Assembly (NCBI GenBank): GCA_965214705.1
Contig: OZ243972.1
Coordinates: 2,848,001 to 2,912,000, forward strand
Direction: 5' to 3'
Length of the DNA: 64,000 nt
From: Alphaproteobacteria bacterium
Lineage (GTDB): Bacteria > Pseudomonadota > Alphaproteobacteria > UBA828
Made by a program: the position numbers and the translations under genes
Part shown: positions 1 to 10,255 of the stretch, piece after piece
Position numbering within the stretch: the first letter of the stretch is position 1
Layout: the number at the start of each line of letters is the position of its first letter
Notes under the pieces: generated by a model
Told to the model about the DNA's origin: nothing
The model's database searches: none
Seen by the model: only the letters and a program-made list of their open reading frames with translations

Positions 1-2
1 TC

Positions 3-713
3 GGCGCAGATCTTGGCTGGGGGATGGGGCCGGCGGCCGGCATCGCCGTCGCCATCGCCGCGTTGATCGGCCTGGGCTGCCTTTCAGAGTTCATTCTGGT
101 TCGCCCGTTCCTGCGCCGGCCGGACGTGGTTCTCGTTGCCGTGATTACAACACTGAGCGCCGCCATCTTCCTGGAGAACTCGGCTCTCCTGGTGTGGGGC
201 GGACGCTACAAACAGCTCCCGCCCCTGATCGAGGGCAAGGTGGGGATGCTGTCGACGGCGATCTCGACTCACGAGGTGCTGATCATCGCGGTAGCGCCGC
301 TCACCCTCTTTGCGCTCTGGGCGTTCCTCAAGTTCACGCGAACCGGGTCCGCGATCCGCGCCGTCGCGCAGAACCGGGAGTCGGCGCTTCTCATGGGCAT
401 GAACGTGCCGCTGCTTTACAGCTTGGCGTTCGGGCTCTCGGCGGCGCTTGCCGGCTTTGCCGGCATCCTGCTCGGCTCCATCCGCTTCATCACGCCGGGC
501 CTCGGAAACGAGCCGTTGGTGAAGGCGCTCATCGTCGCCATCTTCGGCGGTCTCGGTAGTCTCGGCGGCACCATCGGCGCGGCCTACGTCATCGGCCTGA
601 TGGAAGCCATCAGCATGTTCTTCATCGGGCTCTACTGGACGCCGGCGGTCCTCTTCGGCGTGATGATCATGGTTCTGCTGGGCCGGCCGACCGGCCTCTT
701 CGGCAAGCGGTAG
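3..713 (+). CDS. Branched-chain amino acid ABC permease, LivH-like (5' truncated by window edge)
   Basis: Hydrophobic ORF with 'TRTGSAIRAVAQNRESALLMG' and 'FGGLGSLGG' motifs, ending 'RPTGLFG'. Confidence 0.9.
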   Translation, partial: GADLGWGMGPAAGIAVAIAALIGLGCLSEFILVRPFLRRPDVVLVAVITTLSAAIFLENSALLVWGGRYKQLPPLIEGKVGMLSTAISTHEVLIIAVAPLTLFALWAFLKFTRTGSAIRAVAQNRESALLMGMNVPLLYSLAFGLSAALAGFAGILLGSIRFITPGLGNEPLVKALIVAIFGGLGSLGGTIGAAYVIGLMEAISMFFIGLYWTPAVLFGVMIMVLLGRPTGLFGKR

Positions 714-719
714 GGCACG

Positions 720-1715
720 ATGCGAGAGCTGCTCACCGGGCCGAACCTGGCGAGGCTGATCTGCCTCCTTATCCTGATCCTGCTGCCACTCGTCGTCCCC
801 TCGCCCTACATCCGCCACCTGCTGATCATCACCTTCATCTACGCGATCGTGGCGTCGAATTGGGACTTGAGCCTCGGTTATGCCGGCGTGTTCAACTTCG
901 GCCACATCGCCTTCTTCGCCGCCGGCGTCTACGGCTCGGCGATCATGTCCAAGACGATCGGCATCACGCCTTGGCTGGCGATTCCTCTCGCGGGCGTGAT
1001 CGGCGTCATCGCGGCGCTGATCGTCTGCCTGCCGGTGCTCCGGCTGAAGGGCATCTACGTCGTGCTTGTTACCTTTGCCTTCAGCCAGCTCTGCTTTCAG
1101 CTCGTTCTGAGTCAGGAGGAGATCACCGGCGGCTCGATGGGCATGCCGCTGCTGCCACCCCTCAAGATCGGGGACTACAATTTCGCGCGAGACGGCAAGT
1201 TCGGCTACTACTACGTCGGCCTGTTCCTGCTCGTCCTTTCCACCATTTACCTCCACCGCCTGGTTCGATCACGCTTCGGCACGAGCATCGTCGCGTTGCG
1301 CGACAACGAGGACTACGCGATCAGCCGGGGCATATCGCTCGCGCGTCAGCGCATGCTTACGCTCGGCTTGAGCGCGTTCTTCACCGGCATCGCAGGGGGC
1401 TTCTACTCAACCTACGTGCGGGTCGCCTCGCCGGAGATCTTCGGCTTCGGCTTTCTCTCCCTGGCACTCTCGATGCTGCTGCTGGGCGGGCTCAACAGCA
1501 TCTATGGACCGATCCTTGGTGCCTTCGTGATCACCCTGCTGTCAGAGGCGATGGTCGACCTTGGCCCTATGCGCTTCCTCATCATCTCGGCCCTGATCAT
1601 CTTGATGCTGCTGTTCTATCCGGGCGGCCTCATTAATGCCATTCAGCAGACGTCATCTTTGTTCTCGAAATCCGGCATGGCCGAAAAGTACATCCGAAAA
1701 CTTGTAGACAGATGA
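720..1715 (+). CDS. Branched-chain amino acid ABC permease, LivM-like
   Basis: 'GYAGVFNFGHIAFF', 'LRLKGIY', 'ALRDNE', 'LLGGLNSIYGP' motifs. Confidence 0.92.
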   Translation: MRELLTGPNLARLICLLILILLPLVVPSPYIRHLLIITFIYAIVASNWDLSLGYAGVFNFGHIAFFAAGVYGSAIMSKTIGITPWLAIPLAGVIGVIAALIVCLPVLRLKGIYVVLVTFAFSQLCFQLVLSQEEITGGSMGMPLLPPLKIGDYNFARDGKFGYYYVGLFLLVLSTIYLHRLVRSRFGTSIVALRDNEDYAISRGISLARQRMLTLGLSAFFTGIAGGFYSTYVRVASPEIFGFGFLSLALSMLLLGGLNSIYGPILGAFVITLLSEAMVDLGPMRFLIISALIILMLLFYPGGLINAIQQTSSLFSKSGMAEKYIRKLVDR

Positions 1716-1776
1716 CGTTCGTCACGGGCGCGAGTGAGGCGGCCAGGGTGGCAATCGAACCAAGGAGACCGATCGC

Positions 1777-3204
1777 ATGAGCATTGAACTCGAACAATAT
1801 GACGCCCTGGGTCTGGCCGATCTCGTGAGGCGCAAGGAAGTCAAGCCCATCGAGCTGGTGGAAGCAGCCATCGAGCGGATCGAACGCGTCGATCCCGAGC
1901 TCAACTGCGTGATGTTCAAGAACTATGACGCGGCGCGCGCGGCCGCCGAACAGCCGCTTCCGGACGGACCGTTCACCGGCGTGCCTCTGCTCCTCAAGGA
2001 CCTGTTGACGGCATACAAGGGCCTCCCGCTGACGGGCGGCTGCCGCTACCTCCAGGACTTCATTGCGCCCGTCGACAGCGTCATTGCCGAGCGCATCGCC
2101 GAGGGCGGCTTCATCCGCCTGGCAAAGACCGTCACGCCCGAGATGGGCTATTGCGTCGCATCGGAGCCGCCGCTCTACCCGCCGGGGCGCAACCCGTGGA
2201 ATCCCGACCATACGCCGGGCGGCTCCAGCGGCGGCTCGGGCGCCGCCGTTGCTGCTCGCATACTTCCACTGGCGACCGCCAACGATGGCGGCGGATCGAC
2301 CCGTATCCCTGCCTCCAACAGCGGCCTGGTGGGCCTCAAGCAGTCGCGCGGACGCACCACGACGGCGCCCTTCTACGGGGATCTGTGGTACGGCTGTGTC
2401 GTTGAGGGCTGCGTGTCGCTGAGCGTGCGCGATCAGGCGGCCTACCACGACCTGACCCAATATTCCGTGCCCGGCGACGCCAACGCGCATGCGCGGCCGG
2501 AGACTCCATTCCTGGACGAGGTCGGCAAGGACCCTGGCCGCCTCAAGATCGGGCTGATCACGAAGGCCGCCAACGGACGGACGGTTCATCCGGAGTGCAC
2601 GGCGGCGGCGAACAACGCGGCGAAGCTGTGCGCGTCGATGGGCCATGACGTGGAGGAGGTGGAGTACAGCTTCGATTTCGATGCGCTGGCAGAGGTCTTT
2701 TCGCGCATTGCCTGCGCGGCAACGGCGGCCGGCATTCACAGCTTGGAGCCGGTGATGGGACGCCCGCCGGGGGAGGGCGAGCTAGGCAACGTGATCCGGG
2801 AGATGGTCGAGCGCGGCGATCGAATGAGCGCGCCGGCCCTGGCCCAGGACATCGAGACCATGCACATGGCCGGCTGGACCATAGCCGGGGACTGCGCGCC
2901 CTATGACGCGGTCATCACTCCGACCATGCCCAACCCGCCGCACCGGGTCGGCTACTACGACATGTCGCTGCCGTTTGAGAGGTACAACAACGATCTCCTA
3001 CTGCCCGAGGTCGTCTTCACGCTGCCGCACAACGTGAGCGGTCTGCCGGCGATCTCGCTGCCGCTGCACTGGAGTGCGGACGGCCTGCCCTGCGGGGTGC
3101 AGTTCATCGCAAACCACGCAAACGACGCACTGCTGTTTCGCTTGGCAGCGCGCCTGGAAGAGGCGCAGCCCTGGTTCGAGAGGCTACCCTCCTTCCACGC
3201 CTGA
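1777..3204 (+). CDS. Amidase-signature family enzyme
   Basis: 'GVPLLLKDL', 'PGGSSGGSGAAVA', 'DGGGSTRIPAS' (Lys-Ser-Ser triad). Confidence 0.95.
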   Translation: MSIELEQYDALGLADLVRRKEVKPIELVEAAIERIERVDPELNCVMFKNYDAARAAAEQPLPDGPFTGVPLLLKDLLTAYKGLPLTGGCRYLQDFIAPVDSVIAERIAEGGFIRLAKTVTPEMGYCVASEPPLYPPGRNPWNPDHTPGGSSGGSGAAVAARILPLATANDGGGSTRIPASNSGLVGLKQSRGRTTTAPFYGDLWYGCVVEGCVSLSVRDQAAYHDLTQYSVPGDANAHARPETPFLDEVGKDPGRLKIGLITKAANGRTVHPECTAAANNAAKLCASMGHDVEEVEYSFDFDALAEVFSRIACAATAAGIHSLEPVMGRPPGEGELGNVIREMVERGDRMSAPALAQDIETMHMAGWTIAGDCAPYDAVITPTMPNPPHRVGYYDMSLPFERYNNDLLLPEVVFTLPHNVSGLPAISLPLHWSADGLPCGVQFIANHANDALLFRLAARLEEAQPWFERLPSFHA

Positions 3205-3341
3205 GGCCTCGGCGTTCCGACCTCGCGGTCTTCGGCATCGCCGCTGAGGATTTCGCACCAAGCAAGGGGATAGGATCCGGCAGCGGAGATTCGAGACAGG
3301 AGAGCTGGCGACGAAGCGAAGCGGAGCGCGAGGAGGCCCCA

Positions 3342-4169
3342 ATGCTCGTTCGGACGATCGAAGACCACCGTGCCGACGGATGGGAGAAAGTGCTCGATGC
3401 AGGCAAGGTGCGCTCGGTGCGCTGCGTGACCGCGGCGGACCGGGTCGGCTTCTCCCTGCACTTGAACGAGATCACGGACGGTGACGGGCGCCAGCTCTGG
3501 TACAAGCATCACTGGGAAGCGAATTACATCGTCGCGGGCGAAGCCACCCTCGAGGATCTGGACCGAGGCGATTCCTGGCTGCTGCTTGCGGGATCGCTCT
3601 ACACCGTCGGTCCCACCGATCGGCACCGCCTTACCGGACAGAAGGAACTCCGCATCGTGAGCGTCTTCTGTCCAGCGCTGCGGGGCGACGAGGCGCACGA
3701 CGAGGACGGCACCTACACCCCGTCGGGCGAGGTGCCGGCGGGGCGCGAGCGTCTCTTCGTGCGCGACGCCGATGCCCTTCGCGCCGCGGGACAGGAGATG
3801 GTAGTGGCCAACGGCGAGGCGCGCACCCTGCGCATGCTGGTGAAGGACGACCGCGTCGGCTTCTCACTGTCCGATGTCCATGTCGCGGCCGGGGCCCGCG
3901 CCGCGCTCTGGTACAAGAACCACTGGGAGGCGAACGTGGTGATCGAAGGGCGGGGCACGGTTACCGAGGTCGCCAGCGGGCGCGAGTGGCCGCTCAGCTA
4001 CGGCACCACGTACCTCGTTGGGCCCGAGGACCGGCACGTCCTCAAGAGCATCGAGAATATGCATGTATTGAGCGTATTCTGTCCGCCGCTCGCCGGGGAC
4101 GAACAGCACGACGCCGACGGTGCCCTCGCCCCGAGCGGGCCGATCCCACCCGGCCCCGTCGAACCCTAA
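3342..4169 (+). CDS. ectC: Ectoine synthase (EctC)-like cupin with two tandem domains
   Basis: Two repeats of 'GFSL..WYKxHWEAN..Y.VGP.DRH.L..SVFCP.L.GDExHD.DG'; GGAGG RBS. Confidence 0.8.
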   Translation: MLVRTIEDHRADGWEKVLDAGKVRSVRCVTAADRVGFSLHLNEITDGDGRQLWYKHHWEANYIVAGEATLEDLDRGDSWLLLAGSLYTVGPTDRHRLTGQKELRIVSVFCPALRGDEAHDEDGTYTPSGEVPAGRERLFVRDADALRAAGQEMVVANGEARTLRMLVKDDRVGFSLSDVHVAAGARAALWYKNHWEANVVIEGRGTVTEVASGREWPLSYGTTYLVGPEDRHVLKSIENMHVLSVFCPPLAGDEQHDADGALAPSGPIPPGPVEP

Positions 4170-4846
4170 TGAGGGCAGTTACACGCGAACTCTTCCGCTT
4201 TCCTCAATCAATAGCCCCGAAACTCAGCCCGCGGTGGAACTCGTTGAACTATGTGGGCTTTCTGTTCAGCAAAGAGGTGGGATTCGGCGGCTCCTGTATC
4301 CCATTGTATTCGCTTCGTTATTTGGCCGACCATCTTGTCAGCCCCACATGCCGCCCACCACGGCCGATCGGAACATGGCGGATTCCCCCGGGTGCCCCCG
4401 CACCATATCACGACATCACGGCGGTGCCCGACGCGCGCATCAACGGTGCCGATCCGGAAGGCGACCAGATACCGTCGTCGCCCTCGGTCAGCGCGAAATC
4501 TGGTCCGAAATCCTCGTCACGACTCGCCATGCGCGGAAATTAGCGCATGTCGAATCGCGTAACAGTCCCTAATGACTACATCTGGTGGTGCGGATGATGG
4601 CAGCCCCGATCTATGCTCCATCACGGGGAGACGAAAGCGCCGCACCGGAGCCGCCCAGGCGCGGCAGCATACAGATCCATGGGTGATGTCGGTGACCGCA
4701 TCACCCGATGAACGAAGGATTACGACCCTTCTCATACCCGGCCGCACAGAGCTCGACGTGTGTGTTGACTCAGTGTTTGCAGTGTAGTGAGCAATGCTAC
4801 ATCTGGGGAGAGTGTAATCGGTAATTCTCTGATTTTGCTCATTAAA

Positions 4847-6520
4847 CCTAAATCCCGCAGTTGGTTTCGGGGCCGATCACGAAAAAGCCTTGTAGGCTAG
4901 GGGCATGAGCGAATCGAAACAGGCCCTTGAGGCTCACCCTGCGGGTGATGGTCCCAGCACTGCGCGGGAGCTCGCCCGAGAGGCCGTGAAGGTGGACACC
5001 TTCGGCGGCACCGTCCACGTCGAATGGGACCCGGATGCGGCGGCCACACCGCTGGGTCATCTGGTGTTCTTCGCCGAATACCTGAAAGTCAGCGGCCGCT
5101 TCGACGCGCTGGTGGCGGACTGCCCGCTGCACTACACGAGCCCGAACGCGCCCTCGAAGCGGGACGTGCTGGGGACGGTGATGCTGTCGGCCCTCGCAGG
5201 ACACTGGCGCTACGCGCACATCACGGCGCTGCGCGGCGACGGCGTCAATCCGTCGCTGTTGGGCATGACCAAGGTGGCGAGCGAGGACTCGGTTCGGCGC
5301 GGCCTGGGACGGATCGACGCGGAGGACGGCGCTTCCTGGCTGCACGGCCATCTCGACGACACGGCGCGGCCCTTGCTGAGCGAGCCGTGGGTTCTGGATT
5401 GCGACACAACGATCAAGCCGCTCTACGGCCACCAGGAGGGGGCTGTGGTGAGCTACAACCCGAAGAAGCCGGGCCGTCCGTCGCATGCCTACCATGCGTT
5501 CCTGATGGCGGGCACGCGCCTTGTTCTGGACGTCGATGTCGCGCCCGGGAACCGTCACCACTCGAAGAACGCGGCGCCTTCGCTGTGGGCCTTGCTCGAC
5601 CGCCTCGGCCGTGAGAACTGGCCGCGGCTCGTACGGGGCGACAAGGACTGGGGCAACGAGGGCAACATGGCGTCGTGCGAGGGGGCGGGTCTCGACTATC
5701 TGTTCAAGCTGCGCCTGACCAAGGGCGCGCGCCGGCTTGCCGAGTGCCTGATGACGCGGGACGAGTGGACGGACGCGGGCCCGGGCTGGTCGGGGATCGA
5801 GGCCGAGCTTCGCTTGCATGGCTGGAGCCGGACGCGTCGCGTGGTGGTGCTGCGCCGTCGGCTTCCCGGGACGGTGGCGCTGACGCGCGCAGACGACGGT
5901 CAGGGCGATCTCTTCTGGGCCGACGCGCAGCCTGGCACCAAGGTGTGGGAGTTTGCGGTTCTGGCGACGTCTCTGGATCTGGAGGTTCTCTCGATCGCCC
6001 AGCTCTACCGGGATCGGGCGGACGCGGAGAACGGCTTCGACGAGTTGAAGAACCAGTGGGGCTGGGGCGGCTTCACCACGCGAGACCTGAAGCGCTGCCA
6101 GCACATGGCCCGGCTGATCGCGCTCATTTACAATTGGTGGAGCCTGTTCGTGCGCTTGGCGGACCCCGATCACCACCGCGAGGCGATCACCAGCCGACCG
6201 CTCCTGCTGCATGGGGTTGCCCGCCAGACCCATCACGCCGGTCAAACCCGGCTGACGGTGACGTCGAGCCACGGGCGGCGGGGGGCCGTGGTCGCGGCGT
6301 TGCGGCGGATCACCGGCTTCTTCCAGACTCTGCTGACAAGTGCGGAGCAGTTGAGCGCTGAGGATCGCTGGCGCCGGATCCTGGCGGAAGCGCTGAAGAA
6401 GTACCTCCGGGGCCGCCAGCCGGGTCGCCAGCCCTGGATTCCACCGCCTCGGCCTGCGCTGGCAGGCTGAAATTGAGCCCGGAAATCGACCGATCATCGC
6501 CCCCAACTGCGGGATTTAGG
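4847..6520 (+). mobile_element. IS1380-family insertion sequence
   Basis: Perfect 18-bp terminal IRs CCTAAATCCCGCAGTTGG; 5-bp TTAAA direct repeats at 4842-4846 and 6521-6525. Confidence 0.93.
4905..6470 (+). CDS. IS1380-family DDE transposase
   Basis: 'LDCDTT..LYGHQEGA..SYNP', 'LVRGD', 'YRDRADAENGFDELKNQWG'. Confidence 0.93.
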   Translation: MSESKQALEAHPAGDGPSTARELAREAVKVDTFGGTVHVEWDPDAAATPLGHLVFFAEYLKVSGRFDALVADCPLHYTSPNAPSKRDVLGTVMLSALAGHWRYAHITALRGDGVNPSLLGMTKVASEDSVRRGLGRIDAEDGASWLHGHLDDTARPLLSEPWVLDCDTTIKPLYGHQEGAVVSYNPKKPGRPSHAYHAFLMAGTRLVLDVDVAPGNRHHSKNAAPSLWALLDRLGRENWPRLVRGDKDWGNEGNMASCEGAGLDYLFKLRLTKGARRLAECLMTRDEWTDAGPGWSGIEAELRLHGWSRTRRVVVLRRRLPGTVALTRADDGQGDLFWADAQPGTKVWEFAVLATSLDLEVLSIAQLYRDRADAENGFDELKNQWGWGGFTTRDLKRCQHMARLIALIYNWWSLFVRLADPDHHREAITSRPLLLHGVARQTHHAGQTRLTVTSSHGRRGAVVAALRRITGFFQTLLTSAEQLSAEDRWRRILAEALKKYLRGRQPGRQPWIPPPRPALAG

Positions 6521-6671
6521 TTAAACGAACGTCATAAACCAAGCAAAAAATAGCAGCGATAGGCGCGGAGCCAAGCGAGCGTCGCGCGAGTACGCGCGCG
6601 GAATCAAGAATCGAGCGCCCGCCGTTGAGGGAAACGAAAAAAGTGCGAGCGCCCGGCGCCTTATCCCACAT

Positions 6672-6765
6672 CGTCATGCCCGGACTTGATCCGGGCATCC
6701 CCCTCCACAACATACTGTAAAAAAGGAGAAAAACGTGGATGGCCGGGTCAAGCCCGGCCATGACG
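6672..6765. repeat. REP/RIME-like inverted palindrome pair
   Basis: CGTCATGCCCGGACTTGATCCGGGCATCC ... GGATGGCCGGGTCAAGCCCGGCCATGACG; same unit recurs at 14842 and 15036. Confidence 0.88.
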
Positions 6766-6853
6766 GTGTGTGGGGCGGTGTCAGAGTGCGCCCCCGCCCC
6801 ACGCCCGAGGCTGACAAAAGCGCCGCAAGCCTTGCGGGCCGGGGCGGCGCCTC

Positions 6854-8311
6854 TCAGGCGAGTGGGAGCGTGGTGCCGTCGGGGCCGCGCGGGTCGATGG
6901 GCGTGCCGGCCGCGAGAGGAATCGCCTCCTCGATCGCGGCCGCCGCCCGCAGCACCGCTGCCTCGCCGCGCGGTGGGCCGAGGATCTGCAGGCCCACCGG
7001 CAGCCCCGCTTCGGTGAAGCCCACCGGCACCGAGGCGGAAGGACACGCGGTCAGCGTCAGCACGAAGGTGAGGCCCAGCCAATCCACGTAGTTGTCGAAG
7101 CGGTGGCCCTCGATCTCGTCGACCCAACGCGTGTCCACGTCGAAGGGCGGCACGATCACGCAGGGGCAGACCAGCACGTCGTGGCGGGCGAAGAAGCGCA
7201 CGCAGCGCTGGTATATCGCTCCGCGCGCTCGCTCGGCCCGCGCGATCTTGTCGGCGTCGAGCGCGAGTCCCTTCTCGATGTTCCAGACGATCTCGGGCTT
7301 GAGCGCGTCGCGGTGGGTCTCCAGTAGCTCGCCCTTGTCGGCGGCGAAGAGGGCGGCACGCAGCACCTGGAAGATATCGAGGGCGCCGGAGAGGTCGGGG
7401 CACGCCTCTGCGACCTCCATGCCCGCGCCGGCGAGCGTCTCCGCGGCGCCCTTGCAGACGGCGGCCACCTCGCGGTCCACCGGCAGCAGGCCCAGGTCCG
7501 GGCTGTAGGCGATGCGGCCGGGCGGCGGCAGCGATTCCAGCGCGTCGGCGAAGCCCTGCGCCGGGGCTTCGATGGAGAGCGGGTCCTCCGGGTGGGCGCC
7601 GCTCATCGCATCGAGCATGAGCGCGGCATCCCGCGCGTTGCGCGCCATGGGGCCGTCCACCATCAGCCCCTCGAAGGGCAGGCGCTTGGGCCCGTGGGCG
7701 ACGCGGCCCGGACTCGGCCGCATGCCGAAGACGCTGCAGAAGCTCGCGGGGATGCGCAGGCTTCCCCCTAAGTCCGAGCCCGTGGCGAGCCAGACCTGGC
7801 CGGTGGCCAACGCTGTCGACGAGCCGCCGGAGGAGCCGCCGCAGGTCTTGTCGGTGTTCCACGGGTTGCGGGTCTTGCCGAAGACCTCGTTGAAGGTGTT
7901 GGCGCCGGCGCCGAACTCGGGCGTGTTGGACTTGCCGATGACGATGGCGCCGCGCGCCTCCAGGGTCTCGACCGCGATGTCCGAGCGCGGCGGCACGTGG
8001 TCGGCGTAGATCGGCGAGCCCCAGGTGGTGCGCACGCCCTCGACCTCCACCAGGTCCTTGACCGCGATGGGCACACCGCCGAGCCAGCCGCGCGGGCGCT
8101 CGGTGCTGTGATCCTCCGCCATGATCCGCTCGGCGTGGGCCCGCGCCCTGTCGATGCAGAGCGTCGGAATGGCGTTGAGGTGGCCGTCGGTCGCCGCGAT
8201 CCGGTCTGCGCTCGCCTCCACCAGCTCCAGCGGCGAGACCTCGCGCCGCCGGAGCAGGTCGACGACCTCGGCCGCGGTCAGCCGGCAGAGATCGCCGCTG
8301 GCTGCTGCCAT
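6854..8311 (-). CDS. Amidase-signature family enzyme
   Basis: Start MAAASGDL; 'GVPIAVKDL', 'CGGSSGGS', 'SDLGGSLRIPASFC'. Confidence 0.93.
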   Translation of the reverse strand: MAAASGDLCRLTAAEVVDLLRRREVSPLELVEASADRIAATDGHLNAIPTLCIDRARAHAERIMAEDHSTERPRGWLGGVPIAVKDLVEVEGVRTTWGSPIYADHVPPRSDIAVETLEARGAIVIGKSNTPEFGAGANTFNEVFGKTRNPWNTDKTCGGSSGGSSTALATGQVWLATGSDLGGSLRIPASFCSVFGMRPSPGRVAHGPKRLPFEGLMVDGPMARNARDAALMLDAMSGAHPEDPLSIEAPAQGFADALESLPPPGRIAYSPDLGLLPVDREVAAVCKGAAETLAGAGMEVAEACPDLSGALDIFQVLRAALFAADKGELLETHRDALKPEIVWNIEKGLALDADKIARAERARGAIYQRCVRFFARHDVLVCPCVIVPPFDVDTRWVDEIEGHRFDNYVDWLGLTFVLTLTACPSASVPVGFTEAGLPVGLQILGPPRGEAAVLRAAAAIEEAIPLAAGTPIDPRGPDGTTLPLA

Positions 8312-8325
8312 GCCGCCGTCCCCCT

Positions 8326-9723
8326 TCAGGCCGCAGGCGGCGTGCGGCTGTGCCAGTCGGTGTCCTGCTGGTAGGCGTGGCCGGCCTGCAGCAGCCGCTC
8401 CTCGCTGAGCTGCGGCCCCACGATCTGAAAACCGAGAGGCAAGCCGTCCTCGTCGAAGCCGCCGGGCAGGCACATCGCGGGCGTCCGTGCCATGTCGTGG
8501 GGGGCGGTGAACGAGATCAGCCGTTCGACCGAGCCTTCCTCGGCGCCCAACGTGTCCATGAAGGCGTTGGTGGGCGTCGGGTAGGGTTGCGAGGGAATGA
8601 TGATCGCGTCGACATCGGCGAAGACGGCATTGAGCGCGCCGACGAACTTGTCCCGCTCGATCACGATGCGCGCGTGGTCGACGCCGCTCAGCGCGAGCCC
8701 CACTTCGATCAGGCTGCTCAGCACCGGCCCGTAGTCGGCCTTGCGCTCGGCGTAGTAGGGCTCGTGCGCGATGGCCGTGTCCGCGCCGCAGAAATCGTTC
8801 CAGCGGTCGACCATGACCGTCGCATCGGGGAAGGCGATGGGCCGGATGTCGGCGCCGCGCCCGCGCAGCACGTCCGCCGCCTGCATGACCATGGCGGTCA
8901 CACGCGAATCCACCCCCTCCGAGCAATAAGCCTCGTCGAGGCCGATGCGCATGCCCTCGATGCCGGCGTCGATGCTGCCGAGGTAGTCCGGCACCGGCGC
9001 CTGCACGGTGGTCGGGTCGTCGGGGTCGACGCCGGCAATGACGCCGAGGATGGCGGCGCAGTCGGCCGCCGAGCGCGCCATCGGCCCGATGTGGTCGAGG
9101 GTCTCGGAGAGCGCGAAGGCGCCCGCCCGGCTCACCCGCCCCCAGGTGGGCTTGAGCCCGGTCACGCCGCAGGCTTGCGAGGGGAAGCGGATCGACCCGC
9201 CCGTATCCGTCCCCAGCGAGCCGTAGCAGAGCCGGGCCGTGGTGGCGACGCCGGAACCGCTCGACGAGACGCCGGTCCAGTAGTCAGGATGCCACGGGTT
9301 GACCGGCGGCGCGATGGTGGGGTGGTGCACCGCGTAGGCGCCCTCGGTCATCTGCAGCTTGCCGGCGAAGACCGTGCCGGCGTCACGCAGCCGCGCCACC
9401 ACGGTGCCGTCCACGCCGGGGCTCCAGTCGCGCAGCGCGACCGAGCCGACATGGGTCGGCGCATCCTTGGTCAGGCACAGGTCCTTGAGGCCGAAGGGAA
9501 CGCCGTGCAGCGGGCCCTTGACCGTGCCGCCCGCGATCTCCTGGTCCGCTTGCGCGGCCTGTTCGGTCGCGACATCGGCCATCACGGTGGCGTAGCTGCG
9601 GAGCGTGCCGTCCAGCCGCTCGATCCGCTCGAGCGTGTGTGCCGTCACCTCGGCAGCGGACACCTCCCGCGACTGAATTTTCGCCGCGACCTCGGTCAGC
9701 ATCAGCTCGTGCAGATCAGACAT
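8326..9723 (-). CDS. Amidase-signature family enzyme
   Basis: Start MSDLHELML after GAGGGGAG; 'GPLHGVPFGLKDL', 'GVSSSGSG', 'TDTGGSIRFPS'. Confidence 0.93.
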   Translation of the reverse strand: MSDLHELMLTEVAAKIQSREVSAAEVTAHTLERIERLDGTLRSYATVMADVATEQAAQADQEIAGGTVKGPLHGVPFGLKDLCLTKDAPTHVGSVALRDWSPGVDGTVVARLRDAGTVFAGKLQMTEGAYAVHHPTIAPPVNPWHPDYWTGVSSSGSGVATTARLCYGSLGTDTGGSIRFPSQACGVTGLKPTWGRVSRAGAFALSETLDHIGPMARSAADCAAILGVIAGVDPDDPTTVQAPVPDYLGSIDAGIEGMRIGLDEAYCSEGVDSRVTAMVMQAADVLRGRGADIRPIAFPDATVMVDRWNDFCGADTAIAHEPYYAERKADYGPVLSSLIEVGLALSGVDHARIVIERDKFVGALNAVFADVDAIIIPSQPYPTPTNAFMDTLGAEEGSVERLISFTAPHDMARTPAMCLPGGFDEDGLPLGFQIVGPQLSEERLLQAGHAYQQDTDWHSRTPPAA

Positions 9724-9869
9724 CCGAATCTCCCCTCTCCATGGTGGCGGCCGATTGAACGCCAAAGCCGCCGGCCACGCAAAGCCAATCTCTGCTTGCT
9801 GCGCGTGGCCGCAACGCTTAGCGATGACGCCGACACGCCTTGTCGTGCTGGTGGCATAATGGCGCAGCA

Positions 9870-10130
9870 ATGATGGTACGCACTCGGATCGCGCTGGACC
9901 CGGAACGGCATGCTCAGGCTCGTGCGCGTGCGGCCGCGCTCGGAATTTCGTTGGCCGAATATGTGCGCCGCCTCGTAGACCGTGACCTTGCCGAGCGGCC
10001 GAGCGGCGCCGATCGCTCCGTCGTCTTCGATCTCGGCCAGTCACGAGGCACCGATATCGCTTCGGAGAAGGCGCAGATGATCGGCGAGGCAACGGGAGCC
10101 GGAAAGCGCCGCCAAGCCGATACGCCGTGA
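9870..10130 (+). CDS. Small ribbon-helix-helix (CopG-like) protein, probable antitoxin
   Basis: 'MVRTRIALDPE..ARARAAALGISLAEYVRRLV' RHH pattern. Confidence 0.65.
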   Translation: MMVRTRIALDPERHAQARARAAALGISLAEYVRRLVDRDLAERPSGADRSVVFDLGQSRGTDIASEKAQMIGEATGAGKRRQADTP

Positions 10131-10255
10131 GCACTTTTGTCGACGGCGCCGCCATGCACGCAAAGCGAATCTCCTCTGCGCGTGGTGCGATTGCCCGGCC
10201 GGGCGGGCCATGATATCGACTGCGGCCCAAGTGCCGTGCGAGGGCGGGGGACATC

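Noticed and set aside
3205-3341. Structured leader before the ectC-like gene as a riboswitch
   Set aside because: No conserved aptamer motif recognised
4170-4846. Lower-GC intergenic stretch with short ORFs, possibly a frameshifted minus-strand remnant
   Set aside because: No recognisable domain or RNA motif, so no call can be supported
4848-6506. 552-aa antisense ORF spanning the IS1380, and similar long antisense or alternate-frame ORFs (8350-9873, 17757-19553, 43757-45811, 56955-58826)
   Set aside because: Shadow ORFs expected in high-GC DNA; they overlap well-supported genes and have no recognisable motifs
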